From contig JBFMHR010000002.1 of assembly GCA_040751795.1 (NCBI GenBank), forward strand, positions 128,001-192,000: a stretch of 64,000 nt of DNA, given 5' to 3'. This stretch comes from Thermoplasmatota archaeon (GTDB lineage Archaea; Thermoplasmatota; Thermoplasmata; UBA10834). Positions 39,247 through 49,372 of the stretch are shown here, piece after piece (the stretch's first letter is position 1; each line of letters opens with the position of its first letter). A program made the translations under genes and the position numbers. The notes beneath the pieces were generated by a model, which had not been told where the DNA came from, searched no databases, and saw only the letters and a program-made list of their open reading frames with translations.

Positions 39247-42200
39247 ATGGGGGAAGTTGCTAACATGTCTGAACAAGTGAATACTAGTGTACCTGCTAGT
39301 GAGCCTGCACAGCCGGCTTCGTCGTCCCCGCCGAAGAAGGACAACAAGAAGAAGCTATGGCTGATGATTGTGGCGGTGATTGTGGCGATATTGCTGATCA
39401 GCACCGCCGTGTATGTCCTCGTGATAAGCGACGGCGACGAGGAGGAGGCGATCGGTCTCGAGCTCGAGTCCGAGATCCTCCCCTCAGATGACATCACGAT
39501 GGAAGCGCTGGGGATGGTGGAGCTAAGCGTAACAAGCATGCTTGTCAACGACACCGAAGACATATCGTATGAGATAGACGACTGGACCAATGTCACCTAC
39601 TCGTGGTCGAGGACCCCGTACGAGCTCGGCTCGTTCGACCTCCTGGCACGGAGGGAGGTGCAATTCACTGCCACCAACATATCGATGTCTGGGACAGTGA
39701 CATGCACCGTCGAGTGGGAGGACGAGATCGTCCAGGTCACAGCTGATGTGTACATCAACCCGCCGTACCTGGACTCGGTCCTGGTCACCCCGGACTCGTG
39801 GCAGCTCGCGCCCGAGGAACCCCACGATTTCACGGCGACCGCGCTCAACTCCGTGGGCGACGTTATGACGGGTGTGACATTCGCGTGGACCGTGTCTGGC
39901 ATGGACGCCGCTGATTACACCCTCAGCTCTACGACCGGTTCGACCGTGACTTTCACCGGTCTGACCGAGGGCAATGCGACGCTCAACGCGACATGCACGG
40001 CCGGCCTCATCACGAAGGAGGGCGGCGCGGAGATCCAGGTGGGCGGGGCACCGATGAGGACGGTGGACTACCTCTACTACGACCTGTTCAACGTGCCCTT
40101 CGGCGAGTGGTGGGACTGGAGATGGACCTACTACGGCACCGAAGAGGTCGTGACCAGGGAGTACCCGTACATATTCAAGTGGTACGGGAACGCGACCAAC
40201 GTGTGGCTATACGCCAACCAGCGGCTGAACCTCACAGGCAGGAACATGCCAGAGCTCAACATGAACGAGAGGCCCGAGTTCCTTCCGTTCCTGGGCGAGG
40301 CCAGGGGCGGCACCGCAAAGATCGACTGGTACATGCAGTACCTGACCGAGGAGGACATGGCGCGCTACCCTGACAACACTGCTGCTTGGCTCGATGGCTG
40401 GGTCATAGCCCTCAATGGGACAGTCACACTCGACCGGACGGCCGCGATGGCCGTGATGGGCATAACGAGCGAAGGATTCGACGACTTCGACACCTGGTGG
40501 GCGGCGAACGACGACATCTTCCTCAACGACTACATCGACTGGATACTCTACGAGGGCAACGACCGGCTGGACATCTTCTGTGCCTACGAGTACCCGCTGA
40601 CTCCTCTGAGCTTCAACATATTCGCGGAGAAGGTCGGCGACGAGATCGTGCTCACCTACGACACGGTCACCTGGGGCATGGAGTCGATGATGTTCAGGTG
40701 GCTGAAGGATGCGTTCATGCCCGTCGAGTGGTACTACGAGGACATGTACTTCCGCGCGACCATAGGGCCGCAGTACACCGACATCGACATGGACACCGCG
40801 GTTGTCTACGCCGCCTATGCGTACGAGACCACACTAGACAAGGCGCCATGCTGGATGTGGGAGGCCCTGATGCAGGACTACGTCCCATCGACCGGTGCGC
40901 ACCCGTATTCGCTGTTCGACGTCTACGAGGACCTCGAGTACTACAACTACGCCCCGGGCAGCCCGTGGTACGGCACCATGATGCCATACGACTACGCCCC
41001 TGGCGCACACAACCTGTCTGAGAACGAGACCATGGTCCTCGAGTGGCCTGGGGAGGACAACCTCCTGTTCTACACGCATGACGAACCCTACAAGACCTTC
41101 AACTGGACCGGCGCCATGACATGCAACTACTCCGAGCCGGACTGGGTGGAGTTCCCGGGACAGATCGCGCTTGACAAGGACGCGAGGACGCTGTCCTTCG
41201 AGGGGCCGATAGACTTCTGGACATGGTCGAAACTCCAGGCAGACACGTATCCGGGCGACACGAGGTACGAGAACCTGGGCTCGGAGTGGGACAGGCTGGG
41301 AGGAGTGCTTCCATACGGCTGCCCCACCATCGAATTCAGGCTGGCATCCGACGAGGACCCCGTCCCGTACACTCTCCGCGTGGAAGGCATAGAGAGCCCG
41401 ATAGAGGAGGACACCCTGACCGGTGTTACGGTGACCGTGCTGGACCAGTTCGGCACGTTGTACACGACCTACACGGGCACGATCGAGTTCTCGTCCAACG
41501 ACACAGGTGCGACTCTGCCTGCGCAGTACACCTTCCAGGCTGCGGACCTCGGGACGAAGGCGTTCCCAGACTCGGTCATGTTCAGCACCGCGGGGATCTA
41601 CTACGTCATGGCGGAGGATGTGAGCAACTCGGCGCTGTTCGGTTCGCAGGAGAACATCGATGTGTATTCGTCCTCGATGCCGACCACCCTGCTCGTGGAG
41701 GGCGTCACAAGCCCGATAACGGCGGGAGTGGCCTCCGGGTTCACCGTGACCGTGCTCGACCAGGCGGGACTTCCGTACACGGGCCCGTATGAGGGGACGA
41801 TAGAGTTCTCCTCCAACGACTCCGCTGCGGACCTGCCCCTCGACTACACGTTCACCCTGGCGGACGCAGGTACGCACACATGGGACGCGGCTGACGGCGT
41901 GACCTTCAACACTGCAGGGACGCGCGACCTGACGGCCGCGGACACCTCCGACCCGACGATCTCCGGCTCGCAGCTGGGCATCGTCGTGACGGAGGCGCCC
42001 AGGATGGATTCCTTCGAGGTCGCCCTGTCTGCGGACACGGCCATAGCTAACGACACGCTGCTGGACGTGACCGTCACGGCCATGGACCAGTTCGGGAACC
42101 CGTACACGGACTACGTCGGGACGGTCGTGTTCAGCTCGGACGACACCGTCGCCTCGCTGCCAATGGCCGACCTGACCTTCCTGGCAGGCGACCTGGGCGT

Positions 42201-44820
42201 CAAGACCTGGACAGGCCAGATCATGATGGGGACGCCCGGCGTGCGCACGGTGACCGTGACGGACTCCGTCGACGGGGCCATAACCGGCTCCGACGATGTG
42301 ACGGTGACCGCGGAGCGCACGGCGACGTACTTCGTGATCACGGACATGGCCCCGACCGTGCAGATCAATGTGGCCGAGGCGTTCACCGTGACGGTGTACG
42401 ACCAGTACGACGATGTGTTCGTGGCATACGACGGGATCGCCACGTTCAGCACGAACCGGAGCGGCGAGGTCACGCTCCCGTCCGACTACGACTTCGACCC
42501 GGCCGACCTAGGCACGGCAGACTTCAGCGCCACGTTCACCGTGGAAGGTTACTTCACGGTGACTGTGAGCGACCTGGCCGATGCATCCGTCACCGGCGAG
42601 GTGACGGACATCCGCGTGACCGCCACGGCACCTGTGCTGGACCACTTCGTCGTCGAGGGCATAACCAGCCCGATGTGGGAGGACAACTACTCCGACGTCA
42701 CCGTGACCGCGTACGACCAGTTCGGCGGCATGTTCGTCGCATATGTGGGCACCATCGAGTTCACGACGGATGCGGCCGCAGGCACATACACGTTGCCGGC
42801 CGACTACACCTTCCTCGTTGCGGACGACGGGACCAAGACCTTCCCGCTCGGCGTGATGTTCGAGGAGGGCGGCACGTACTATGTCGCCGCGACCGACACC
42901 GGAGGCGGAAGCGAGACGGGCTCGCAGACTGGCATAGTGATCGTCGAGCTCGAGCCCACGACACTGGTGATATCCGGTGAGCCGACCGGAGTGGTCGCAC
43001 CCAGCGAGACGTTCTCGCTGACTGTGAGCGTCTACCACCAGTTCGACGAGCTCTGCTACGAGTACGACGGCACGGTCGAGTTCTCGACAGGCGACGCCGA
43101 CGCAGGGGTAGTCCTGCCAGCCCCGTACACGTTCACCGAGGCCGACGCGGGGACGCACGACTTCACGGACGAGTTCGCCCTCGTGACTCCGGGTGCCCAG
43201 ACGGTCACCGCGGAGGACCAGGCCGACGCGGCCCTCACGGACACAGTGACCGTGACGGTCGAAGCGCCCCCGGAGAGGACGGTGGACTACAGGGTCTACG
43301 ATATGCTGGCCGAGCCATTCGGAGCATGGTGGGCCGACAGGTGGGAGGGATACTCGTCGGACATAATCGTGAGCACCGGAACCAATGCCAACGCCGCCCT
43401 CTACTACATCGAGGGCGCTGACGGTGGGGCCGACGTCGACACGCAGGGCATCATATACGCCCCGTACAGGTACAACATCAGCGCGAAGAACCTGGACGCG
43501 ATCAGCGTGCACTCGCCGGAGTTCCTCCCGAGGTACAACGCCGCGCCCGTCGTCGGTGCAGAGGCGACGATGAACCTGTACTACCAGTACATGTACGAGG
43601 ACTGGTACGTGAACACGGTGTTCCCGGACTGGACAGGGACCCTCGGATTCCCGGGGAGCCAGTACTGGCGCCAGCAGGACGGTTACATCACGACGACGCT
43701 GTACACCGTCACCATGAACCGCGAGGCCGCCTACGAGTGGATCAACCTCCCGCTCTCAGAGACGGACCCGGAGGCCTGGTACGCGACCCAGCAGGCCGCG
43801 ATGAACACGTGGTACGGCGACTGGTTCCTGTACGAGGGGGACACGAGGCTCGACATCGCCTTCGGCTACGAGGACAACTACTACAGCGAGTACACGTCCT
43901 CACGGGTGGCCTACGACTCCGGCACCGGAGAGGTCACCCTCGAGATCGCGCACTTCAGCTGGGGCTACGAGGTCCTGCTGACCCGGTGGCTCACGGAGAT
44001 CGGCGTCTCGTCCAACCACGAGCCGTGGTACGAGGACTTCACCATGGACGTCTACTACGGGGAGGAGTACACCGACCTGTGGATGGACGCGGTGTGCCAG
44101 TACAGCCTGCACGCGGTGAAGTCGAACGGGACGGCGGGCGGCTCGGCGTGGGCGTGGGAGCCTGCCCACATCGACTACATCATCGAGAGCGAGCTGCCGA
44201 CGTGGTACGCTGGCACGCCCGATCTGCCGAGCGAGTACGAGCCCTACTTCCCGCTCACCTACCAGAGCTGGAATTCCGGGGACAACCTGTTCAGCGACGA
44301 GGTGACCTACGAGTACACGCCGTACTGGTTCAACCTCACGGACGGGGAGACCCTGACCTTCGAGATGCCCGCGGCATCCATCATGGGCTATGAAGGGGTG
44401 GGCCTGGACTACACGGACTACATCCTGGCCGAGGGCGGCGACCTCTCTTCGTTCGAGGCGATAGAGACGACCGGCGATGTCACGCTCGGGCACTATGTGA
44501 CCGGCGGTGCGGACCTCAGCGCCATGGTGAGCGGGTCCACCCTGACGATCGCGGGCCCGGTATCGTTCGACAACGTGAGGCACACGCCCGACGGCCCGCT
44601 GTACCACGGGGCGCCGTGGATAGAGTTCGATGTCGGCGCGGTGAAGCTGGCGGCGATGGACTCCGGTGAGGTCCTCGAGCCGTCGGCCCCCGCCTCGTCC
44701 GCGTCGGCCGCAGCGGCCGGAGCCAGCTCGGCCTCGGGCGCCATATCCATGATGGCGGTCGTGTGCGCGGCGATGGTCGCCGTGGCCGCCCTCGGGGCGG
44801 GCCGCAGGGTCTCAGCATAG
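39247..44820 (+). CDS. Large acidic cell-surface protein (S-layer/adhesin-like) with Ig-like repeats and a duplicated unknown domain
   Basis: N- and C-terminal TM segments; six TVT..DQ....Y.G...FS repeats; two copies of an RTVDY..YD...PFG.WW..RW domain; many NxS/T sequons. Confidence 0.85.
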   Translation: MGEVANMSEQVNTSVPASEPAQPASSSPPKKDNKKKLWLMIVAVIVAILLISTAVYVLVISDGDEEEAIGLELESEILPSDDITMEALGMVELSVTSMLVNDTEDISYEIDDWTNVTYSWSRTPYELGSFDLLARREVQFTATNISMSGTVTCTVEWEDEIVQVTADVYINPPYLDSVLVTPDSWQLAPEEPHDFTATALNSVGDVMTGVTFAWTVSGMDAADYTLSSTTGSTVTFTGLTEGNATLNATCTAGLITKEGGAEIQVGGAPMRTVDYLYYDLFNVPFGEWWDWRWTYYGTEEVVTREYPYIFKWYGNATNVWLYANQRLNLTGRNMPELNMNERPEFLPFLGEARGGTAKIDWYMQYLTEEDMARYPDNTAAWLDGWVIALNGTVTLDRTAAMAVMGITSEGFDDFDTWWAANDDIFLNDYIDWILYEGNDRLDIFCAYEYPLTPLSFNIFAEKVGDEIVLTYDTVTWGMESMMFRWLKDAFMPVEWYYEDMYFRATIGPQYTDIDMDTAVVYAAYAYETTLDKAPCWMWEALMQDYVPSTGAHPYSLFDVYEDLEYYNYAPGSPWYGTMMPYDYAPGAHNLSENETMVLEWPGEDNLLFYTHDEPYKTFNWTGAMTCNYSEPDWVEFPGQIALDKDARTLSFEGPIDFWTWSKLQADTYPGDTRYENLGSEWDRLGGVLPYGCPTIEFRLASDEDPVPYTLRVEGIESPIEEDTLTGVTVTVLDQFGTLYTTYTGTIEFSSNDTGATLPAQYTFQAADLGTKAFPDSVMFSTAGIYYVMAEDVSNSALFGSQENIDVYSSSMPTTLLVEGVTSPITAGVASGFTVTVLDQAGLPYTGPYEGTIEFSSNDSAADLPLDYTFTLADAGTHTWDAADGVTFNTAGTRDLTAADTSDPTISGSQLGIVVTEAPRMDSFEVALSADTAIANDTLLDVTVTAMDQFGNPYTDYVGTVVFSSDDTVASLPMADLTFLAGDLGVKTWTGQIMMGTPGVRTVTVTDSVDGAITGSDDVTVTAERTATYFVITDMAPTVQINVAEAFTVTVYDQYDDVFVAYDGIATFSTNRSGEVTLPSDYDFDPADLGTADFSATFTVEGYFTVTVSDLADASVTGEVTDIRVTATAPVLDHFVVEGITSPMWEDNYSDVTVTAYDQFGGMFVAYVGTIEFTTDAAAGTYTLPADYTFLVADDGTKTFPLGVMFEEGGTYYVAATDTGGGSETGSQTGIVIVELEPTTLVISGEPTGVVAPSETFSLTVSVYHQFDELCYEYDGTVEFSTGDADAGVVLPAPYTFTEADAGTHDFTDEFALVTPGAQTVTAEDQADAALTDTVTVTVEAPPERTVDYRVYDMLAEPFGAWWADRWEGYSSDIIVSTGTNANAALYYIEGADGGADVDTQGIIYAPYRYNISAKNLDAISVHSPEFLPRYNAAPVVGAEATMNLYYQYMYEDWYVNTVFPDWTGTLGFPGSQYWRQQDGYITTTLYTVTMNREAAYEWINLPLSETDPEAWYATQQAAMNTWYGDWFLYEGDTRLDIAFGYEDNYYSEYTSSRVAYDSGTGEVTLEIAHFSWGYEVLLTRWLTEIGVSSNHEPWYEDFTMDVYYGEEYTDLWMDAVCQYSLHAVKSNGTAGGSAWAWEPAHIDYIIESELPTWYAGTPDLPSEYEPYFPLTYQSWNSGDNLFSDEVTYEYTPYWFNLTDGETLTFEMPAASIMGYEGVGLDYTDYILAEGGDLSSFEAIETTGDVTLGHYVTGGADLSAMVSGSTLTIAGPVSFDNVRHTPDGPLYHGAPWIEFDVGAVKLAAMDSGEVLEPSAPASSASAAAAGASSASGAISMMAVVCAAMVAVAALGAGRRVSA

Positions 44821-44900
44821 GTCTGGACGGAACCAGAAACCCCAAAACCTCTTACATTCTTCTTATTCCTTCCATGACGGGCGGAGCGTGGACGCCGGCT

Positions 44901-47000
44901 CTACGCGTGAGGGTGCCTCTCGGCCGGGAAGACGATGCAGAACCTCGCACCGAGGTCGCTCTTGCCGGGGACCCTGTCCTCGACCCATATCCTGCCCGAG
45001 AACTTGTCCGCCAGCGCCCTGCATATCGACAGGCCGAGGCCGCTCCCGGAGATCTTCGTGTCGTGCTTGAGCCTGACGTACTTCTGGAAGAGCATGGCCT
45101 TCTTGTCGTCCGGGACCCCGTAGCCGTTGTCGGAGACGCAGACCTTCCAGGCCGGGTGCTCGCGGTCGAGGACCTTGTTCACCGTCACGTCGATCTCGAC
45201 CTCCTCGTGGGGGTCGTACTTGACCGCGTTGTTGAGGAGGTTCACGAAGAGCTCCTCGACCAGGGGGTTAGCCCTGATGTAGGCCTCCTCGGGCGCCTCC
45301 AGCTTGATGCCGACCCTCTTGGGGGAGGAGGTCGTTATGCCGGAGACGACCTTCCTCAGGACGTCGCTGAGGTTGACGAGGACGAAGTCCTTCGAGTCCA
45401 TGCTGCCGATCTTGGTGAGCTTCTTGACGTTCTCTATGAGCCTCGCGTTCTCCCTGATCAGGTGCAGCGACTTCTCGAGGGAGGCCTTGGCCGCGTGGGG
45501 GAGGTCCTTCTCCTTGTGGACCATCTCGACGTAGTTCAGGGTCGCGAAGTTGTAGTTGTTGATGTCGTGGAACATGAGGTCGTTGAGCATCTCAATCTCC
45601 CTGTTCGCGTCCTGGAGCTTCGAGACGAGCTGCGCGTTCTCGAGGGCGATCGACGCCTGCTGGGCGAAGAGGAGGCCCGCCTCGAGGTCGTTCTGGGTGA
45701 ACACCTGCCCCCGGTCCCTGTAGAGCTCCAGCACGCCTATCACGCCGTGGGAGCCCGTGAGCGGTATCGCCAGCATCGAGTTGTGCTCGAGCGGCACGCC
45801 CGGGATGTCCGCAGACCTGGGGTCCGCGTCGACGTCGTCAACGAACTCCGCCTTCCCGGTCCTCGCCACGAGCCCGACTATCCCCTCGTCGAGGCCGCCG
45901 GGGTCGCCGAGAATCTCGTCCGAGTACCCGCCCACGGCGTACACGGGCTTCACCAACTGGTTCTGCCAGTCCACGACGTAGAACGAGAGGTCCTTGTACC
46001 TGACCACGTCCATGATGTGCGACGCGATGGCCGCGTAGATCTGCTCGGTGCTGATGGCCCTCTGGAGCTCCACGCTCGACCTGACCAGGGCCTCCTGGAG
46101 GCCCACCTTCCCCTCCAGGGAGGAGAACAGGACCATGTTGTCTATCATGCCGCCGAGCAGGTCGGCGACCATCTGCAGCGCCTCGGCGCTGTTCCAGTCG
46201 TACTCAGCCTGCTTCGAGTCGAGGAGGTTGAGGGAGCCGAGCACCCTGCCCCTGGAGGTCAGGGGGACCGCTATCATCGAGCTCGCCCTGTTCACCTCGA
46301 GGAGCCCGAACTCGGTGAAGAGCTTCCTGCCGGCCTCCTTCTCGACTATGATCGCCTTGCCCCCGAACCTGAGCTTCTCCACGATGCTGCCCTCGAAGGG
46401 GACCTTGCCCAGGGAGACGGCCTTCTCGCCGTGCCTCGGGTCGGGGACGAAGACCTCGACGTGCCTGCCCTTCTCCTCGGTGATGCCGGCGCAGATGTAG
46501 TCGAACTCCAGGAGCTTCTGCAGCTCCTCCGACACCTTCAGCAGCACCGTCCTGATGTCCTTGTGGGTGCCGGCCAGCTTCGCGATGCGGTTCATTATGT
46601 CGGTCCTGAAGGCCTTCTCGCGGAGCTCGTTCTCGACGCCCTTCCGCGTGCTGATGTCCCGGGCGACCGCCGCGATCCCGAGGGCGGTCCCGTCCATCTC
46701 CCTTATCGCGCATGCCGTGAGCGAGGCGACGAGCACCATCCCGTCGCTGCGCCTGAACTTGATCTCGTAGTCGTGGATGGGGCTGCCCTGCTCGAGGAGC
46801 GACACGAGCGCCTTCCACTCGAGGTCCCTGTCGACGACCTCCTTGGCCACGTTCCTCGAGCCCATCGACTCGTGCCTGTAGCCCAGCATCCTCGCGAACG
46901 CGGGGTTCGAGAATAGTATCTCTCCCGACTTCCTGCAGACGAATATGCCGTCCAGGAGCTCGGAGGTCAATAGCCCAACGTCTAGCTTCTCAGCGCTCAT
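44901..47000 (-). CDS. Cytoplasmic PAS-GAF-GAF sensor histidine kinase
   Basis: NPAFARMLGY...ARDISTRK (PAS/PAC), two GAF, HDINN H-box, NLLNNAVKY, DNGYG, GSGLGL. Confidence 0.92.
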   Translation of the reverse strand: MSAEKLDVGLLTSELLDGIFVCRKSGEILFSNPAFARMLGYRHESMGSRNVAKEVVDRDLEWKALVSLLEQGSPIHDYEIKFRRSDGMVLVASLTACAIREMDGTALGIAAVARDISTRKGVENELREKAFRTDIMNRIAKLAGTHKDIRTVLLKVSEELQKLLEFDYICAGITEEKGRHVEVFVPDPRHGEKAVSLGKVPFEGSIVEKLRFGGKAIIVEKEAGRKLFTEFGLLEVNRASSMIAVPLTSRGRVLGSLNLLDSKQAEYDWNSAEALQMVADLLGGMIDNMVLFSSLEGKVGLQEALVRSSVELQRAISTEQIYAAIASHIMDVVRYKDLSFYVVDWQNQLVKPVYAVGGYSDEILGDPGGLDEGIVGLVARTGKAEFVDDVDADPRSADIPGVPLEHNSMLAIPLTGSHGVIGVLELYRDRGQVFTQNDLEAGLLFAQQASIALENAQLVSKLQDANREIEMLNDLMFHDINNYNFATLNYVEMVHKEKDLPHAAKASLEKSLHLIRENARLIENVKKLTKIGSMDSKDFVLVNLSDVLRKVVSGITTSSPKRVGIKLEAPEEAYIRANPLVEELFVNLLNNAVKYDPHEEVEIDVTVNKVLDREHPAWKVCVSDNGYGVPDDKKAMLFQKYVRLKHDTKISGSGLGLSICRALADKFSGRIWVEDRVPGKSDLGARFCIVFPAERHPHA

Positions 47001-47218
47001 CGATGCCCCACCGGATGGAGCTGGATGGCTCCAGTCGGCAACCAGGCCGCGCACGGGGGTACGCGTCCTTCTCACCTTAAGCAGTTGTTCCCGATAAAAA
47101 GGTTACCGGGAGGTTCGCACTTTTGACGTTGACGCGGCCGCCCCCTGCCAGGGGCCTCCGGGCGCCGGTCCATGGCAAAGGCTATCAGGCGAGTGGTCGA
47201 TTTCCCCGCGGCCTGCAG

Positions 47219-47485
47219 ATGGACGCGAAGATGCACAAGCTCTTCCTGACCCGGTGCGACGTCCGCCCGGAGGGCAGGATGGTCAGCGCCGCCGACTGCA
47301 GCGCCTGCCCTCACGGCAGCGTCGTGGACAACAGGGCGCGGGTCCTCTGCTACGGCGCCACGAAGTTCTTCACGGCGCCGTGCTTCTACGACATGCGGGC
47401 GTCGGCCACCGTGGCCGATTGCGAGGCGTGCCACTACGGCAAGGTCTCCGAGGACCGCATGAGGGTCTTCTGCGGCAGGATGTGA
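47219..47485 (+). CDS. Small Cys-rich protein with internal duplication
   Basis: Two ~42-aa units C...ADCxxC..G.V..-R.RV.C. Confidence 0.7.
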   Translation: MDAKMHKLFLTRCDVRPEGRMVSAADCSACPHGSVVDNRARVLCYGATKFFTAPCFYDMRASATVADCEACHYGKVSEDRMRVFCGRM

Positions 47486-47584
47486 GGCGGCGGCCTCCGC
47501 CGGATCATTTCGCGCGGCGCGGAGCCTGGCCAACAGTATTATATAAAGCGTCGCTACAATACATAACCTGGATGGGATGCGTCG

Positions 47585-48160
47585 ATGGGCTCAGCAATGG
47601 CTTCAGGTGCCACCTTTTCTCCTGACGTGAGGCCGGGCAACGTCTACCTGGTCGAGGAGAGGAGGCCGAGGTCCAGCTACGAGATGCTGGAGCACGCCCT
47701 ATCCTCCGGGTGCGCAGGCCTGGTGATGACCCGCGACTTCCCGAAGAAGCTCCTCAGCGAGAAGGACATCGACAGCTGCAGGATCGTATGGCTGACCAAC
47801 CTCGTGGGCGAGGGAAGGGTCAACCCGACCGCGATAGGCATACTGATGAGCCAGGTGCGGGCCTTCATAGAGTCGCAGAAGAGGGCCGTCGTCCTCATCG
47901 ACGGCCTCGAGTACCTCGTCTCGCTCAACACCTACGACCGGATGCTGCAGTTCATGCACCAGCTGAGGGACCTGGTCGTCACGAACGATTGCGTCCTCAT
48001 AGTCCCGGTCGACCCGAGGACCATGTCCGAGAGGGAGATGGCCCTGCTCGAGAGGAGCATGGAGGTCGTCGTGCCGAGGCCCGAGGCGGAGCTCGCGGAC
48101 GAGCCGATCCTGAACCCAGGGACGGGCGAGATACGCCTGATGGACGTCGGGCCGAGATAG
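47585..48160 (+). CDS. Stand-alone DUF835 domain protein
   Basis: YLVEE, GLVMTR.FP, IVWLT, VLIDGLEYL...N, LALLER-like C-terminus. Confidence 0.85.
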   Translation: MGSAMASGATFSPDVRPGNVYLVEERRPRSSYEMLEHALSSGCAGLVMTRDFPKKLLSEKDIDSCRIVWLTNLVGEGRVNPTAIGILMSQVRAFIESQKRAVVLIDGLEYLVSLNTYDRMLQFMHQLRDLVVTNDCVLIVPVDPRTMSEREMALLERSMEVVVPRPEAELADEPILNPGTGEIRLMDVGPR

Positions 48161-48213
48161 CCTTTTCTGAGCAATAGAACTGTCCGAGCCTGATTCTACA
48201 GCCCTTTTGAGGT

Positions 48214-48939
48214 TCAGCTGTCGAGGGCCCGCTCGAAGAATCCCGCGAGCCCGCCCACATCCTCCACGACGATGGCGCTGCCGGCCTTGACCAGGACCTC
48301 CTCGGGGACATCGCCCGTCATCACGCCGATGAACGGGACGCCCGCGTTGGCGGCGCACTGCGCGTCTATGGGGTGGTCCCCGACGAACACGGTCTCGTCC
48401 TTGTCCACGGCGAGCGCGTCCACGAGGCGAAGGTAGGAGTCGGGGAATGGCTTAGGCCTCGTGTGGGAGTTGCGGCACTCCATGGCGTCCACGAGGCAGG
48501 CCAGCCCAGTCAGGGACAGCGCCCTGGACGCGTACTCCTCGCACCCCCTGGTCAGCACCCCCACCTTGACCCCCCTCGCCCTAAGCGCCTCCAGGACCTC
48601 CCTCGCCCCGGGGAGGGCTGAGGTCCCCTCCACCCTCTCCATCTCCACCGAGTCCATGATCCGGTCGAGCTCGGCGAGCATCCTCCGAACCTCGGGCCCG
48701 GGGACCCCCCTCCGGGCCATGCGCCCCTCGAACCTCTCGAGGATGGCGACTATCGTCTCCGAGAGGCTGTAATCCCCGGGGTCGTCCCCGAACTCGCCCA
48801 TCCTCCTGATCACCAGGGACTTGAACTTGGGGAAGTCGACGGTCGACTCCACGAGGGTGTCGTCGAGGTCGAACACGACGGCCCTCAGCCTCCTGCCGGG
48901 CCTCAGGTCGCGCCATTCGGGCTGGGAGTGCGGCTGCAT
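48214..48939 (-). CDS. HAD-family phosphatase
   Basis: FDLDDTLV, GVLTR, KPFP, FVGDHPID. Confidence 0.9.
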   Translation of the reverse strand: MQPHSQPEWRDLRPGRRLRAVVFDLDDTLVESTVDFPKFKSLVIRRMGEFGDDPGDYSLSETIVAILERFEGRMARRGVPGPEVRRMLAELDRIMDSVEMERVEGTSALPGAREVLEALRARGVKVGVLTRGCEEYASRALSLTGLACLVDAMECRNSHTRPKPFPDSYLRLVDALAVDKDETVFVGDHPIDAQCAANAGVPFIGVMTGDVPEEVLVKAGSAIVVEDVGGLAGFFERALDS

Positions 48940-49051
48940 CCGCCCGATGAACCGCCCGGGCCCACTTAAACCCTTTGCGCCAGGCGGCGCCGGGGGGATG
49001 TTATCAGCGGTGATTCCCTGGGGGTAGGCTATATTAGGCGCGCTCGCCCCT

Positions 49052-49167
49052 CGGAGTGTCAAGAGACAGGAAGAGGGAAGACAAGGATTTTCCTTCTGGC
49101 CCGGGATCAGCCACTCTCCTCCCCCCAAACCCCCCAACCGGGCCGACAACCCCCTCTTCCTTCTCCG
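49052..49167 (-). ncRNA. Candidate structured non-coding element with purine/pyrimidine-skewed long hairpin
   Basis: AGGAAGAGGG/CCCTCTTCCT and GGCCCGG/CCGGGCC nested stems. Confidence 0.35.
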
Positions 49168-49372
49168 TTCCCCCTTCTCGGCCAAGCTCCCCCCAAGGCT
49201 CGTGCTGGAGGCGCCTCGAACCAAATCGAAGCGGATAAATAGGCATATCCCACTCTTTGGCCGAGGGGGCGCGTCACCGCGGGGTCCCCGCGCGGCGCGC
49301 CACAGCGCAGACCGGAAGGTGCAACGATTGACCGCATCGAAGAAGGCAGCCCCTCCGCCGGAGGACCCGGAC

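Noticed and set aside
47420-47434. CEACH as a heme c attachment motif
   Set aside because: No signal peptide, and the paralogous repeat has CSACP, so a Cys4 metal site is more likely
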